From assembly GCA_008632985.1 (NCBI GenBank), contig QPGO01000001.1:1024404-1088403 (forward strand): 64,000 bases of DNA, given 5' to 3'. Source of the stretch: Psammoneis japonica (Eukaryota). A program made the position numbers and the translations under genes. Shown here one piece after another: positions 1 through 13,530 of the stretch; position 1 is the stretch's first letter; each line of letters starts with the position of its first letter. The notes below the pieces were generated by a model that was given only the letters and a program-made list of their open reading frames with translations, made no database searches and was not told the origin of the DNA.

Positions 1-960
1 GTTGCAATGGAGTCATGATTCAGATGGCCACTGAGGCACAATCGCCACAGTTGAAATGAGTGCACAGATGTCGCTGCTCCTCTGGAAATTGCTCTGGGCT
101 TCTGCCAAAGCTGCAGCAGTCAGCTCCAAGAATTGGGTTTGAGCTGCTTTGCCAATTGTTGTGATGAACCACCCAGCAAACAACTGCAAACACTTAGAGA
201 TGTCCATTGTGCCCAGCCTTTGAGCTCTCTTGTGTGTGAAAACAGCTCGCGTCTCTGCAGCTTTGCAAGAGGAGTCATCCACAGCCATCAGAGTGACAAT
301 GAGTGCAACAACCTGCTCAGTGCAGTTGCCTGCATGGCACCTGACCACCAGGTGACTCAGGTGCAATGCCGCGCCAATGCAAAGTCAGCTCAAATTGCCA
401 AAGTCACATCTGCTGGCAAGGCCATCCAGCTCTTGCGCCACTGTGTTGCATCTGGTGCCATGAAGAAACAGCTGCACTCAAGGTCATTGAAGACAAGCAT
501 GTTTCTGCCTTGCAACACAACTTTTTCATGCACTTTCCAGCAAACCCACTCCAAATTTTGACTTGTCTCATTGACGACTGTGCAGCATTTTGTTGGTGCT
601 TTCTTGGGGTGCTTGACGCCAGCAGGCAGTGACCGAGTGCTCTCTGCCTGATGATTGTGTGATGGCTCGCAAGTTTTGCACATGTGCACATTGCTCAAGT
701 TCCATGTGGACCTCATGGCAATTGAAAAAAAGATTCATGTTTGCAAAAGCCAGCTGAGCAAACACTGCAGATGGCTTTTGTGTGTGGGCACAGCCTTGCA
801 AAACAAAAGCGCCAGACACCACCACACTCTCTCGAGGGTTTTGCCATTCAAAAGCATCAAGCTCCAGCTGCCAGGAATGGTTCAAACCACCCTTCTGATT
901 CACACCTGTGCGCACCACCACTTCTGGTCCCACACAGACCCATGCCTCCAAATCGCGAAT
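1..960. other. Degenerate TpA/CpG-depleted, TG/CA-rich block of unidentifiable origin
   Basis: Almost no TA dinucleotides; overlapping Cys/His-rich, Tyr-free ORFs in many frames; normal composition resumes at about 1000. Confidence 0.6.
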
Positions 961-1329
961 GAACTTCAAGGTCAGGCAAAATCATCCTGAATCGATCTGG
1001 GTGTGATTGACGTCACGACGGTTTTCCGCGGTTGAGTGCCATGCATTTTTATTTAACGCCTCCATTGAAGTTGACGACAGAATCCTATCCGTCCATCCGA
1101 CGAAGACATTGTGAGCTAATACAGTGGTATGTTTGCACAGGATTCCCCTGTAGAATAGTCACTGTTGGGTGTCAAGCACTGAGCCCACGCCATGGCGTGT
1201 GTATGCAGCGTTTTGACCCTTTGCACGTACCGGTGCTACTTGTACTGTGTAGGGAAGATCCAAGATCCAAGGACTTCCCGTTACTGCACACCTTCTCTTT
1301 GCGATTGATCCTTTCTTACATCAAGCATC

Positions 1330-2373
1330 ATGTTGCGTCGTGCCACGGACTACTTTACCGGTCGAGCTTCCATTGCTATTGTCAACGAAGCGCGTGGATT
1401 GCCGTATCAGATTGTCAATCTTTTATTCGCCTTCCCATGGGTTATGAATGGACTCCGTTGCTTGCTGGACTGCCATTACATTTTCCCCTACGAAGATAAC
1501 ACTGTAGCTGATTCCTTGGAGGCGGCCTTTCCGGATTGCGTCAACAATCCTTGGACTGCTTTGGCGGCAGCCTATGAAGGACACTTTTCCATCTTTCTTG
1601 CAGTGGTCCGCATCTACATGGCAACGACTGGTCATGTCGCCAACTTTTACAGCGCCATGACCTTTGTTGTCCTCGTCGATGCTTCGATTATCTTCATCAT
1701 GTTTCGTATGAAGGGTGGATGGGATCAAACGCATCGCTATGATGTGTTTGTTATTACGTGCTTGATGTACGAATTGTACGTTATGTTGGGTGCCCGTCGG
1801 GCGTATCAAAAGCGCACGAAACAAGCCAAACAAGCTGGCCTTTTTGTCTACCACCCAGCTCCCATGAAAGAAATCTCGCTTGCTTTGGCGGTGGTTTATG
1901 TGTCATTGAGCGTGCGGGCCTTATTCTTCTGCGACACTACCATTCCGGTGTTGGAAGGAGATGCCATGAAAGATATCATTCAAGGCATGTATCCGGATTG
2001 CAGGACGGAGAAATGGCAGGTAAGGCGATCTTTGTTCTCCAAAAGGTGAATTGACCCATGCTTCCTATCGTTCTCTTCTTTACACCGAAACATGCAGGAG
2101 TTTTCCAGTGGTTTTGTTGGTTTGGTCTTTTTCAATCTCAGTGCATTGGAATTGAATACTTTGCTAGCCACGGATCTTGCGAAATTATATCATGCTTCCA
2201 TCTTGACGGTCTTTAGTGCCGCGGTGCATCTTGCCATTTCCGTCCGGGCCGGCTTTACCGAGCTGCCCTTGTTTCACCAAGTCTTGCTAGTCGGAGCTCT
2301 AGTCTGGGATTCTTTTATTTTAAAAGAGTGTTTCGAAGCGAATCAAAATAGTATCAAGGCCAAGGCAGATTAG
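1330..2373 (+). CDS. Multi-pass membrane protein of unknown function, 2 exons (1330-2019, 2098-2373), about 321 aa
   Basis: ORFs 1330..2049 and 2092..2373 join in frame across a phase-0 intron 2020-2097 (CAG|GTAAGG...CATGCAG|GAG); several hydrophobic segments; Tyr/TA content normal. Confidence 0.8.
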
Positions 2374-3004
2374 AGAACGAAAAGAACTGAGGAACAGTTG
2401 AGTTGGCTTATATGTTGCGTGGTGTGGTTTTTGTTTTCTATTTCTTCATTTCTCTCTCTAATAGTCAGGCTCTCTAGAGAGAGTCGACTCAGGGTAACTA
2501 AACATAACATCAATCTTTTAAAATTATTGAATAGATTTCATTCGATATGGGATGATATAGGCCTACGGTAGCTTCGAAGTCGTCGTCATTCCATAAACAG
2601 AGATTGGGCTGATATATGGTGTGAGAATGATCTCTCAGCTAGCAAAGATGCTCGAAATAGCTTTTGGTGAGCTTTGATTGTGCACCATGATCGACCCCCG
2701 TCCAATTCTCTCAAGCTCTCTAAAGAGTCTTCTGCCGAATAAAACTCAAAATCCAGAAGAAATCAGTTTGCTATCTTAAATATTCTCTAGCTAGCTTAGG
2801 TAGTTAGATTAGGCAGCCTTTTCTGCCTTTGTTGCAGTGCATTGTAAAGCAAGGAGCACTCTGAGAGTATGTTTCCGTCAATCCATTTCTGTTTTCCGCT
2901 CCTGCGGATTGAAATCATCACGCAAGGTCATTAAAACTATTGTCAATACACAGTGATACTCTTCTTCATCCAGAAAGGTCAATCACAGCGCACCGAACTA
3001 TGTG

Positions 3005-3540
3005 TCAGTGCACAGATCTCAAAAAAAAGGTGTGGCAGAAAACAGCGAGACAGAACAGGGCGCAGAGTGGATGAAGTGCCAATGACAAGGATGCCACTGA
3101 CGATCCACCATCATCATGAAGAGAAATGATGTTCTCCGCAACTGCACGGCCACTCATGGCGGCACTGTGCGCATGTCCCCAGCCACATGCATCTCCATCA
3201 AAAGGCACAGCTTCTCCCGCAAAAAAGAGCTTGTTGTCGCCGACAGGTCTCTTCGCATTAGATCAACGGCACAGTCGCGAGAATCTCTCACCTTTGCCCA
3301 ACGATTGTAGCCCATCTGAATGTGTGGTTCCTCAACCCAGTTCTGAACAATGCAGTCGACAAGCGTTGCCGAAGCTTGTCCATCAAATATTTCATCCAAG
3401 TCTGCCAAGACGCCATCCACAACTTCCCGATCGCTGGCTTCATCGACGCATTGATCCGCAATGGCTCCATGAACAAAGAGCCCCAAGATGCTGGTGTTTG
3501 CAGTTAGTTTGGCCAAAAGTCTCATCATGGCATTCTGCAA
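3005..3540 (-). pseudogene. 3' fragment of a flavin-containing amine oxidase
   Basis: WVEEPHI...LFFAGEA...WGHAHSAAMSGRAVAE C-terminal motifs, frameshifted; homologous to 9610-10110; ends at a G-run (3540-3555). Confidence 0.75.
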
Positions 3541-3689
3541 GGGGGGGGGGGGGGGAGTTTTTCTGTTCATCATTCGTTCATGTGGTCGATCCAAACCAGT
3601 CGGGTGACCACTTCTGGGACAGCTTTGGGCGATGCAAAAGCCATTTGGTGGTGCAACAAGCGGCAATCTTTGAGTCATTTGTTTGTCAT

Positions 3690-6479
3690 TGTAGCTTGAA
3701 GCGATCGCAGTCATCTCGGAAACGAACAAAAGGGATCGTGGCAAGTGTGAGGAAAGCTAAATTCCATTGTAGGCGCAGAACTACATGCCGGCGTGAGCTG
3801 TGAGTGTCCATGGCAGCAGTTGTGTGCTCTTTGCTCCAGACCCTCCTTGCCTTCATTGCAGAATTCTGCATCAGCTGCGCACTCTTGACAACAGCACCAA
3901 CCATCATAAGAAGTGGGCCCTGGACATGCTTCACAAAACCAGAAGTCGCAGCCTTCACAAAAATGCATGCCCCCGCATTCTTCGCACAATTCTCTGTTGC
4001 AAGTCCCGCACCTCTGCATGAGACTGAAAAGGTCTAAATTGCGACTCGAACAAAATGCTTTTCACAGCCTTCACAAGAAAACCAGCCGAAGACGCACGCT
4101 TCGCAAAACTGTTTGTCGCAATTCGCACAATGTCCTACGAATCTGCACTCATCACAGTGTTTTCCCATGCAGGTGTGGCAACACTTTGCCCCTTCACTGC
4201 AAACGCTGCAATGAAGTTCCTTGCATTCACTGCAAAACGACATTGGTCCACGCCGCTCAAAGTCGTCTTCGTCAATGGCACCAACGATTGCTCGTAGCAC
4301 TTTGAAGCCTTTCATAAAAGCCGTCAATCGGGTGGTCAAACAAAGAGAGAAAGTTCTTGTTTTCATGCCACCTTTGAAACTTGACAACTTTCAGTCCAAT
4401 GACGACACCCGGATGAGGCGTGAGGTTGGTGTTGATTGGGGGCACACTCTTCAGCACCGCAATCACAAAGGAGTTGTCAAGACCTGTTTGGCCACAACGC
4501 TCAATGTAGCTCCTCTTTCAAAGATCAATCTCTTCCAGGCGACGCGAGTGCTGCAGGTGTGCGCCCTGTGCACTTGTGGAGCCCGACGAGGAGGGTTCGG
4601 CCCCACCGAACCCGACGAGAAGGGTCCAAGCAACGAGGTGGAGACCGACGAGGCGGGTTGCACAATGGCGAGAACGACCCCAGCGAGGAGGGTGGACGAC
4701 GAGGAGGGCTCACATGTGTGTTCATCACAGCACCTGAAGCCGTTGTTACGATCGAAATTTAAAAAAACGTTGGTGGGATTGATTCAAATCCACCACGTAG
4801 AATTGTGCATGCTGGCACAGTTTGACGGCAGAATCCTCGTAGTCCACAGAGAGACAGCAAGTTTCTGCTTACACCCCTTCTGCACGATTTTTATGCTGAC
4901 GTACACTTGTGCACATTTTGCACCGAGAAATTCTGTGCGACTCCAAACGGTGCGCGGTCGGGTTGATGGCTCATAATTTTTCCGAGCGGCCGATCGACAA
5001 CCACCGCTCCCTCCGACAATGGCGCTTTTGGCCGATTTGACCGGTGCGACACCGCCTCCCGACCCCTGCCTTGCTTGACAGTGTTGCAAGCCATTGGGTC
5101 GTGCCATGTGAGTGAGTCCTGGCTCTAGAATGGGTCAGAATGACTCAAAATGTGGTGAGTTCTGATTCTCGTGGAATCATGCGTCTTTTTCCCCGTTCTC
5201 GTTCGCAATGGCGCTCACCTTGAACCTCCTTGTCCCGCATCTTGATGTGTGGGAATCGAAGATGGGGATGTCTAAGTCCACGGGTCTGCGCCATCGCCGT
5301 CACCATTTTTGGCTCCGTCGCCATTCCACGCCGTTCCGCCGCGGCACTTCTTCTCTCCCCGGTCCATGCCGCACCACCATGGCACTGCCTCCGTTCTCCA
5401 AGCTTCTGCCATGATTTGCATGGACCGGACCAGTCACTCGATCCCAAGCTCCGACTTTCTACCATTGCTCATGCCGATTTGCTGCCTGCTTTTGTCGTCC
5501 TGCTCCGTGGAACCACCAGACTGCCTCTCTTCCATCTGTCCTCCCTGCCCGCCGTTGACGATCCAGGCACCCCAAGTTTTGACCCCACTGGTGAGTTTAC
5601 ATTGGTCGTTTGCTCATTGTTGCTTTGTGTTTGTAGAAAAGCATGTTCTCACCTCCTTGTGTTGTTCCATTTCACCACAGATGTGGTCATTTTTCAGGCG
5701 CTGGTGCCGTGCTTCTCTGTGCAAGTTTTTGTGCACACCAATGTTGTCTTGCTTTGTTCTTTTTATTGAAGATGTGGCACCAACTCAAACAGATCTTTTC
5801 TCTCTTTTGCGCCCTCTTGCAACATCGTTGGATTGCTGTCTTTGCATCTCTCTCCGGCACTTGCATCATTGTCGGTCTCTTCGCTCGTGCTTCGCTCGCG
5901 TCGTCTCTTCTCCACGCTCGCTTCCCCTGTCAATTGTACGCACGTAATTTCTACATAAATGCCTCATGTGCAGAGCACCAAAATGCTGCCAAATTACATG
6001 GCAACGGCCGTTGACGGTTTTTAGAATTACTTGGGGCCACCCACACTCGAGCAGTGGGAGTCCATTGGAGCTGCTAGTCCACGGCCTCGAACCGAGGTAC
6101 AGCCCATAAGTGAGAGGGAACTCGTCACGTTTTGAGCGTCGACATTCTTGAGCAAGTTGAAGAGATTGGCGTCAGTGATTTTACTCGCATTTCGTACACC
6201 CCCAAAACCAATCTTGGCCCATGCACTGGGGCATTCTCGGTGCACCAAGTGTCTCAGCCAAGACGAACACGCCGCAAGCCGCACGTTTGATTCAAGGTCG
6301 AGAAACGATGCAACCATGCGTGAAACCACCGTTGGAAGCAGACGAAGCGCGCATCGTTCCGCCATCATGGGTTCTAAAATGCCATGTGGGGGGCTCGCGT
6401 CGACAACAGCACCCGCCATGGTTGCGGCACTCGAGTGTTGAATGTCAGCCGTCATTGTGGCTGTGCCGGCATTGAGCAT
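3690..6479 (-). pseudogene. F-box-like gene with Cys-rich (CxxC) C-terminus, interrupted by a 1.5-kb insertion
   Basis: N-part LLPTVVSRMVASFLDLESNVRLAACSSWLRHLV (F-box-like) ...SLMGCTSVRGRGLAA continues as LQHSRRLEEIDL*KRSY after removing 4557-6068; CxxC repeats at 3710-4250; in-frame TGA and frameshifts. Confidence 0.6.
4557..6068. mobile_element. Unclassified insertion of about 1.5 kb splitting the F-box-like gene
   Basis: Reading frame of the flanking gene is restored when it is removed; no convincing TIR or TSD seen. Confidence 0.45.
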
Positions 6480-8029
6480 GTAGGGCCCTACGGCACGGTG
6501 AGGTTATGTGCTGAATGACGAATCTTTCAGGCGCACGTTTGCATCGCATTCCACGTACAAAGACACAGCGTGACTTTTGGCGCGAGGGAGTGGTCCTCCC
6601 GTCGTCCGTTTCAGGAATGCAGCTGGAAAGTTTGCCATGGTGGCAAAGTTTGTTGGGTGCAAAGGGATGGGGAAAGCCAACACATCTGTCATTGCCTTTC
6701 AGAGGCATTGGCAAATGCCTCTGTAAACTCTCACAACCATGGCAAAATGTGGGGGACAGGTCCCTCCGCTGTTTTCCAACACACTCTCTCCTTTCTTTTC
6801 TTTTTCTGCCTTGCCCACAACGCAAACCTTTCTCACAAATCTTGCCAGATCAAAGGGCGCCCAATTGGCGCTGGAGCATTTGCCAGTTGAAGCCAACTCT
6901 GCCATGGCTTGTCCACATGAAGTCACTCATGCTGTTGGGATTTCACGGCTCACCAACTGTGATCTGCTCTTGTCTCGTGCGCCGACTCCCAAACTCGCCG
7001 TGTGTGGAGGATCCCAAGCACATTTCCAGTGCTGCCAGCACTGCCATTTGCCATGTCAACTGGGTGCAAAAACTAAAAAAGTGAGAGCAAGACCCATCTT
7101 TTGGTGGGAGTTGTGAACACAAACTCTTGCCATGTCCTCAACAGCCATCATCATGTCATCTGCGCTGCGGCGCCAAAAAGCCACCTCACACCCTGATGTT
7201 CCAACACATTCCTTCACACAAGGGGTCAATTGATTGGCCGCCCGCCTTGTCTGTGCTGATCCAAGGAGGGTGGCATCTCTTGCTTGGGTGATGATGGAGC
7301 AGAGCCGAGCTTCAGCTGTCTCATCCTCGGTTGCTGTCAGACCAATCTCCTTGAGCAAAAACTTTCTCATGCCACCATCATTTGGTGTTTGTGTTTTCCA
7401 GCCTTTTTGTTGCTGCCGGCTTCAACACAGTGGGTGCCGGAAATCAGGCCAGTGGTGGGCATGCAGAGAATTGGCACAAATGTGCATCTCGAAATGGACG
7501 ATTGCAAGGGTGTGTTGATGAGGGTCCATTTTGCCCTCTTGATGTCGTCATTGGCTCCAACGGGTTTTTGACAAGTCCTCTGTGTTGTCACTGCGGTGAT
7601 GGTCTGCACACTCACCCAGAGTGTGCCTGCCATGCCAGTTTGATGTTGCTCAAGGCCTGGGTCTCACAGCTGCTTTGGAGGCTGCAAGCACCACCTGGGG
7701 AGCTGTGGCAATCTCATTCTTTTCTTTCATCAATGCTGTGCTGCACATTGATGAGTCAAAAGCAAGTTTTTGCTTGCAGCCCATGCCGCCCACCGTCTGC
7801 AGCTCTCCAGCAAGAGCTCCAATTCTGGGTTCCTGCTGAGGGCTGCTGGAGTTGCAAGCCCCAGCCAAGGTCTGGTGCTCATGGCTTGTGCCACAACCAA
7901 CCAAAGTGCTCAGTCAGGAACATCAGCCACCAGAGAAGTGCAGAGCCAGAGAATGACAGATGGCAATGAACCAGCAATTGTGTGTGGAATGCAGCCAGAT
8001 GATTTTCCATCAAATGCTCTGCTTCCTTC

Positions 8030-8240
8030 CACCATTCCATCATGTGACCAATTTTCATTCTGGGTGCAGTTGTGTGCAAGTCCCAACAAGTGCACTGCAC
8101 CTTGTGAGTGACACGCTGCACCTGTTTTTTCTTCATTGGATGCAAGATGCAGCAATGCAAGAGTTGCTGAATTTGGCATGGAAGGCACCAGCAGCAGTGG
8201 CTGGATGGCAAAGTGGGGGAACTGTGACTCTGCTCAAACA
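8030..8240. repeat. Dispersed degenerate repeat, second copy at about 13150-13340
   Basis: agtcccaacaagtgcactgcaccttgtgagtgacacgctgca vs agtcccagcaagtgtgctgcaccttgcgagtgacatgctgca. Confidence 0.7.
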
Positions 8241-8619
8241 CACAGAAATGCTCATCTTGCACCACACTTCTGCACCAGCATGTGAGTTCAAAGATGTTGG
8301 CAAGTGGATTTGACAAAAGGCGCCACAAGATTGGACATGTTGGTGATGCAAACAGTGGCCACAGCTTTTGACACTCAGCGTTGGCACGCCAGATGTTTTT
8401 TTTTTCTGAGAAAGTCCCATGTTCTCATGTGCAGCATGGTGTGGCATGCAGAATGAGGCTCTGAGGCAAAAATGTGATCACAGGTCTCTGCATGACTTCA
8501 GCGCCAGGGAGCTGTTTGCACATTGTCACATGTGGCCAGCTCAAGACTTGGAGCAACTCTGGGCATCAGAAGATTTGTCATTGCAGTCATTCAGAGTTGT
8601 CTGTTGCGCCACTCTGCTT

Positions 8620-10110
8620 TCCAGCATGTTGGAATTGAGCACTTTCCTGGCCATGGATCTTGCAAAATTATGTCATCATGCCTCCATCTTGACCATCTTT
8701 AGTTCCATGGTGCATCTTGCCATTCCCGTTTGGGCTGGCTTTGCCGAGCTGCCCTTGTTTCTCCAAGGCTTGCTTGTTGGAGCTCCAGAGTCTAAGATTC
8801 TTTCATTTTTTAAATGAATGTTTCGAAGTGCATCAAAATGGCATTGAGGCCAAGGCTGATTAGAGAACAACAAGAGCTGATGAACAGTTGAGTGGGCTTG
8901 TGTGTTGCATGATGTGATTTTTGTTTTCAGTTTCTTCATTTGTCTCTCTGATGATCAGGCTCTCTAGAGAGTCAACTCAGCATGAATGAACACGACATTG
9001 CATTGAACAGGAGCAGATCCTCTCGGGAGGGGATGATTTCAAGAAGCCCAGAAACAGAGACTGGGCTGATGCATCTCTCAGCTGGCAAAGATGCTCGCAA
9101 TGGCTGTTGATGAGTTTCAGCTTTGTGGACAATGATCTCAGCTCAACTGCAGTGTAAACCGAGAGGACCACAGTCCAAATCTCCCAATCTGTCTATGGAG
9201 TTTTCTGATGAATGGAACTCAAAATCCAGAAGAAATCAGTCTGCCATCTGCTGCACTCTCTAGCTGGGTGTTTAGATTTGCCGACGACTCATGGCTCTCT
9301 TGAGTCTCAATGTGTGCAAATTGTGCACTCCGACGGAGGTGAGGCAAGCCATTCTGCGTTTGCTGCAGTGCAAAGCAAGGAGCACTGTGACAGCATGCTT
9401 TCGCCAAACCGTTTTCGTTTGCCACTGCTGTGGACTGAAATCATCACTCTGGGTGATCAAATCTACTGTCAATTCACACCAATGCTCTTCTTCATGCTGG
9501 AATCATCACTCTGGGTGATTGAATCTGCTGTCAATTCACAGTGATGCTCTTCTTCATCCAGAAAGGCCAATCACAGGGCATTTTAAATTTATGTGTCAGT
9601 GCACGGATCTCAAAAGAGATGAAAAACAGCGAGGTAGACCAGGGCACAGAGTGGATGCAGTGCCAATGACAATGATGCATCTGACGATCCATCATCTTCC
9701 TGAAGTGCAATGATGCTCTCCGCAACCGCACGGCCGCTCATGGCAGCACTGTGCGCATGTCCCCAGCCATGTGCATCTCCATCAAAAGGCATGGCTTCTC
9801 CCGCAAAAAAGAGCTTGTTGCCGCCAACAGGTCTTCGCATTGCATCAATGGCACAGTCACGAGAAGCTCCCTCCTTTGCCCAACGAGCACAAGCCGTCTC
9901 AATGTACGGTTCCTTGTGCCAGTTCTGAACAACGCAATCGACAAGCTTTTCCGAAGCTTGTCCATCAAACATTTCATCCAAGTCTTCCAATGCGCCATCC
10001 ACAACTTCCTGATCGCTGGATGCATTGACATGTTGATCCGCGATGGCTCCACAAACAAAGAGCCCCAAGATGCTGGTGTTTGAATTTTGGCCAAATGTCT
10101 TGTCACAGTG
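8620..10110 (+). repeat. Degenerate segmental duplicate of about 2140-3530 (exon 2 and 3' region of the membrane gene, intergenic DNA, amine oxidase 3' end)
   Basis: LELSTFLAMDLAKLCHHASILTIFS vs LELNTLLATDLAKLYHASILTVFS; collinear UTR/intergenic matches such as ggctctctagagag and aactcaaaatccagaagaaatcagt. Confidence 0.85.
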
Positions 10111-10820
10111 TAGCCTGTTGCCAAAAGCACTCGACGACAGGTCTTCCGCGTCGAATTCAACACAGTCACGTTCAATCACAAGCGCCAAAGGATAAAACGT
10201 GTCTGTAAATTTGCAGAACACCTTGATCCCAGGGCCATTTCACAGTCATCAATGGCCTGGGCATGACTTTTGGGCAAGTCTGGAACAAAGGAAATGGCCT
10301 TGTTTTGCAGCATTTGCATGGATGCCATCACAATGACACGCGACGCCTGAAGCGAGTCTCCGTTTTCGCATGTGGCTTTCACGGGCATGATGCTGTAGTC
10401 TGCTTGCATCACGGGACAGTCGAGAGTGATGTCTTCTGGATTCAAAGTCGACGCTAGTTGGTCATTGAGAAAGTCCCACCAGGTTGAATTGATCCACTTG
10501 CAGTCGTTTCCCGATGGTGTAGATTCAGCATAAATCAAAGAACCACCCCATGTGGATGCCTCCGACACGTCGTGCTTTGCTGCAGAAATGGTGCTTGCGA
10601 CATCTCGATCCACAATGGGATTCAAAATGGATGCTGGATCACCGTGAATCCACGCTCCACCGACATCAAGGGGAAAATCAGCCAAGGTGTCGACTTTTTT
10701 CAGCCGACCGCCGATGCGATCCGACGCCTCGAGGATCGCATGGGAAAGACCCGCTCGTTCCAAGCAGTTGGCCGCTGTCAAACCAGCCGCACCCGCTCCA
10801 ACAACAAGAACGTTCGTCAT
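9610..10820 (-). pseudogene. Flavin-containing amine oxidase (MAO/PAO family), near full length, frameshifted
   Basis: MTNVLVVGAGAAGLTAA (GxGxxG), LEASDRIGGRL, DVGGAWIHG, LFFAGEA motifs; split between ORFs 10176..10952 and 9610..10221. Confidence 0.85.
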
Positions 10821-11749
10821 GTTCAGCACCGCAATTGTGAAGGGCAGGGCCCCACTGTTGTGCCGGCAGAAGTTTGGTGTCGACTGATGACGAATGCACC
10901 TGATCACGACTGAACACGTCATCTGATGCGTCATCATTGCAAGACTCAGCACGTCATTTCCGAACCCCCAGTGATGTGGAACAAGTCTGCGTCACCAACT
11001 GCACTCCACTTTCGCACTCGCATTTCAATGCTTGCTGAGAATTTGTTGTGATCTTGTCATTTTGAACAGACATTTTGACCTTGTTGCAGTTTCAGGTGTC
11101 ATGATGTTTGCCTTTTTTCATGACATCATTCATGCAGTGGACAGGTGAAAAATGATGTGGAGAGAAAAGCATGGTGTGGGGGGGCACACACACTTGTTTG
11201 TCGCCATTGTGGCTGCTTTTTTGCAGGTCAGACAGCTTCAAAAAGGTTTGATCAAAGATGTTGCAGAGCAAACAGTGGGTGCAATGCAGCAAGCCCAGAA
11301 AGATCAAGCTTGCTGAGGAGAGGCTGTGGCGGCAATGCTGCTTTGGTGGGGGGGTCCTCCACTCCCCCCTCAAGCAAGCAGAAAAGGCGATGGGAGCAAG
11401 CCACCAAGTTGTTGGCTGCAGCTTTCACAGTGGTGGTGCAGAAAAAAACAACAACCTGGCCAAATTTCCATCAGGAACATCATGGCAGGCAGACCAGCAA
11501 GCATGAGAGGCTGCCCTTTCCCAGCACCAAGCACCGCCACAAATGCCAAAGCAAAAGTCAGCTCTGCTTTCTAGATCAGCAGGGGTGATGGCCATGGGTG
11601 AAGCCTTTCCATGCAGCAGCATTGCGGAGGCTTTGCAGCTTGATTTGGTGGCTGAGCTTTCTTCTCAGCAAAAGCAAAGGTTCAAAAAGTGGCACATGTT
11701 TCTGTTTCCTTCAATGCTGGCATGGGCAAGGACCTGCTGAAGGTCAATG

Positions 11750-12964
11750 TAGAGAGGTGAAAAACGGCAAGGCAGACCAGGGTGCAGAGTTGATGCAGTG
11801 CCAATGACAAGGATGCAACTGATGATCCATCATCTTCCTGAAGTGCAATGATGCTCTCCGGACAGCCGCTCATGGCGGCACCGTGCGCACATCCCCAGCC
11901 ATGGGCATCTTCATCAAAGGGCATGGCTTCACCCTCAAAAAGAGCTTGTCAATGCCAACAGGTTTTTGGACAACATCAAAGGCACAGTCATGAAAAGCTC
12001 CTGCTTTTGCCCAACAAGCACAACCTGTTTGAATGTGTGGTTCCTTGACCCAGTTCTGAACAATGCAGTTGACAAGCATTGCTGAAGCTCGTCCATCAAA
12101 CATTTCATCCAATTCTGTCATGATGCCATCTGCAACTTCCTGATCACTGGCCTCATTGATGCATTGATCCACAATTGCTCCACAAAGAAAGAGCCCCAAG
12201 ATGCCAGTGCATGTTGTTTGGCCAAAAGTCTCATCTCTCACAGCCTTCCCTCTTGCAAAAAAAAACTCAATGAGAGGTCTTCCAATTCGAATTCTTCAAA
12301 GTCACGTTCAATCACAAGCTTCAAAAGAAAGAAGTTGTCAGCAAATTTACAAAACACCTTGATCCCAGGGGCCATTTCACAGTCATCAATGGCCTCGGGT
12401 GTGACTGTCGGGTGAATCTGGAACAAAGGAAATGAATGGCCTTGTTCTGCAGCATTTGCAAGGATGCCATCACAATCACACACGATGCTTGAAATGAGTC
12501 TCTGTTTTTGCATGTGGCTTGGACTGGCATGATGCTGCAGTCCACTTCCATCACTGGACAATTGAGACCAACATCTTCTGGCTCAAAGTTGATGCCAGTT
12601 GGTCATTGAGAAAGCCCCACCATGTTGAATTGACCCACTGCTTGCAGTCATCTTCCAATTCAGATGCAGCACAAATCAAAGAACCATCAAAGACAGACAT
12701 CTCTGAGAAGTCATGCTTGACTGTGGAAATGGTGCTTGTGACATCTTCATCTGCAATGAGATTCAAAAGTGGTGCTGGATCACCCCCCGTGAATTCACTC
12801 TCCACCAACATCAATGAGAAAGTCAGCAAAGGTGTCATTTTTTTCAGCTGACTGCCAATGCCATCCAATGCCTCAAGAATCGCACAGGAAAGACCCGCTT
12901 GTTCCAAGTGGCAGGCTGCTGTCAAACCAGCTGCACCCGCTCCAACAATGAGAATGTCCATCAT
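11750..12964 (-). pseudogene. Third, more degraded amine oxidase copy
   Basis: MMDILIVGAGAAGLTAA...LEALDGIGSQL; APGIKVFCKF; WVKEPHIQ; multiple frameshifts; essentially TA-free. Confidence 0.8.
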
Positions 12965-13473
12965 GTTCAGCCTGACATCGCATCACATTGAAGAGAAGAA
13001 AGCAGAAAAACATCATGCCAAGTGCAGCAGATCTGTCTTCTGCATTCCGCTGCAATGTGCACAACTGACGCAAAGTGCAACTGACTCAGCATCTGAACAT
13101 TTCACACAGCATGCCAGACAACAATCTGTCAAACACAACGAATGCAACATTGCATTCATTCTGCCATTCCGTGATGCAACCACTTTCTGGACACACTTTG
13201 CATGATGCGAGTCCCAGCAAGTGTGCTGCACCTTGCGAGTGACATGCTGCATCTCTTCTCTTCTTCATTGGAAGTGAGATGCAGCAACACAGTGACAGCT
13301 GGCTGGCAAAGCAGGGAAACTGTGTTTCTTCTTGCTCAGAAGCACCCCCTGTGGTTGTTTGAGGGCTGGCGGGCTGAGCACAGAAAACTGCTTCTCTGAG
13401 TTGCTGGTCAATTCTCATTGACAAAGTCAGCTGGCTTCACAAACTGCTGAGATGGGCAAAGAAAGAGAAGTGC

Positions 13474-13530
13474 AAGAAGAAGAAGAAGAAGAAGAAGAAG
13501 AACAGGAAGCAGAGCAAGAAGAAGAAGAAA
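13474..13530. repeat. (GAA)n microsatellite
   Basis: aagaagaagaag... run with a second shorter run. Confidence 0.9.
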
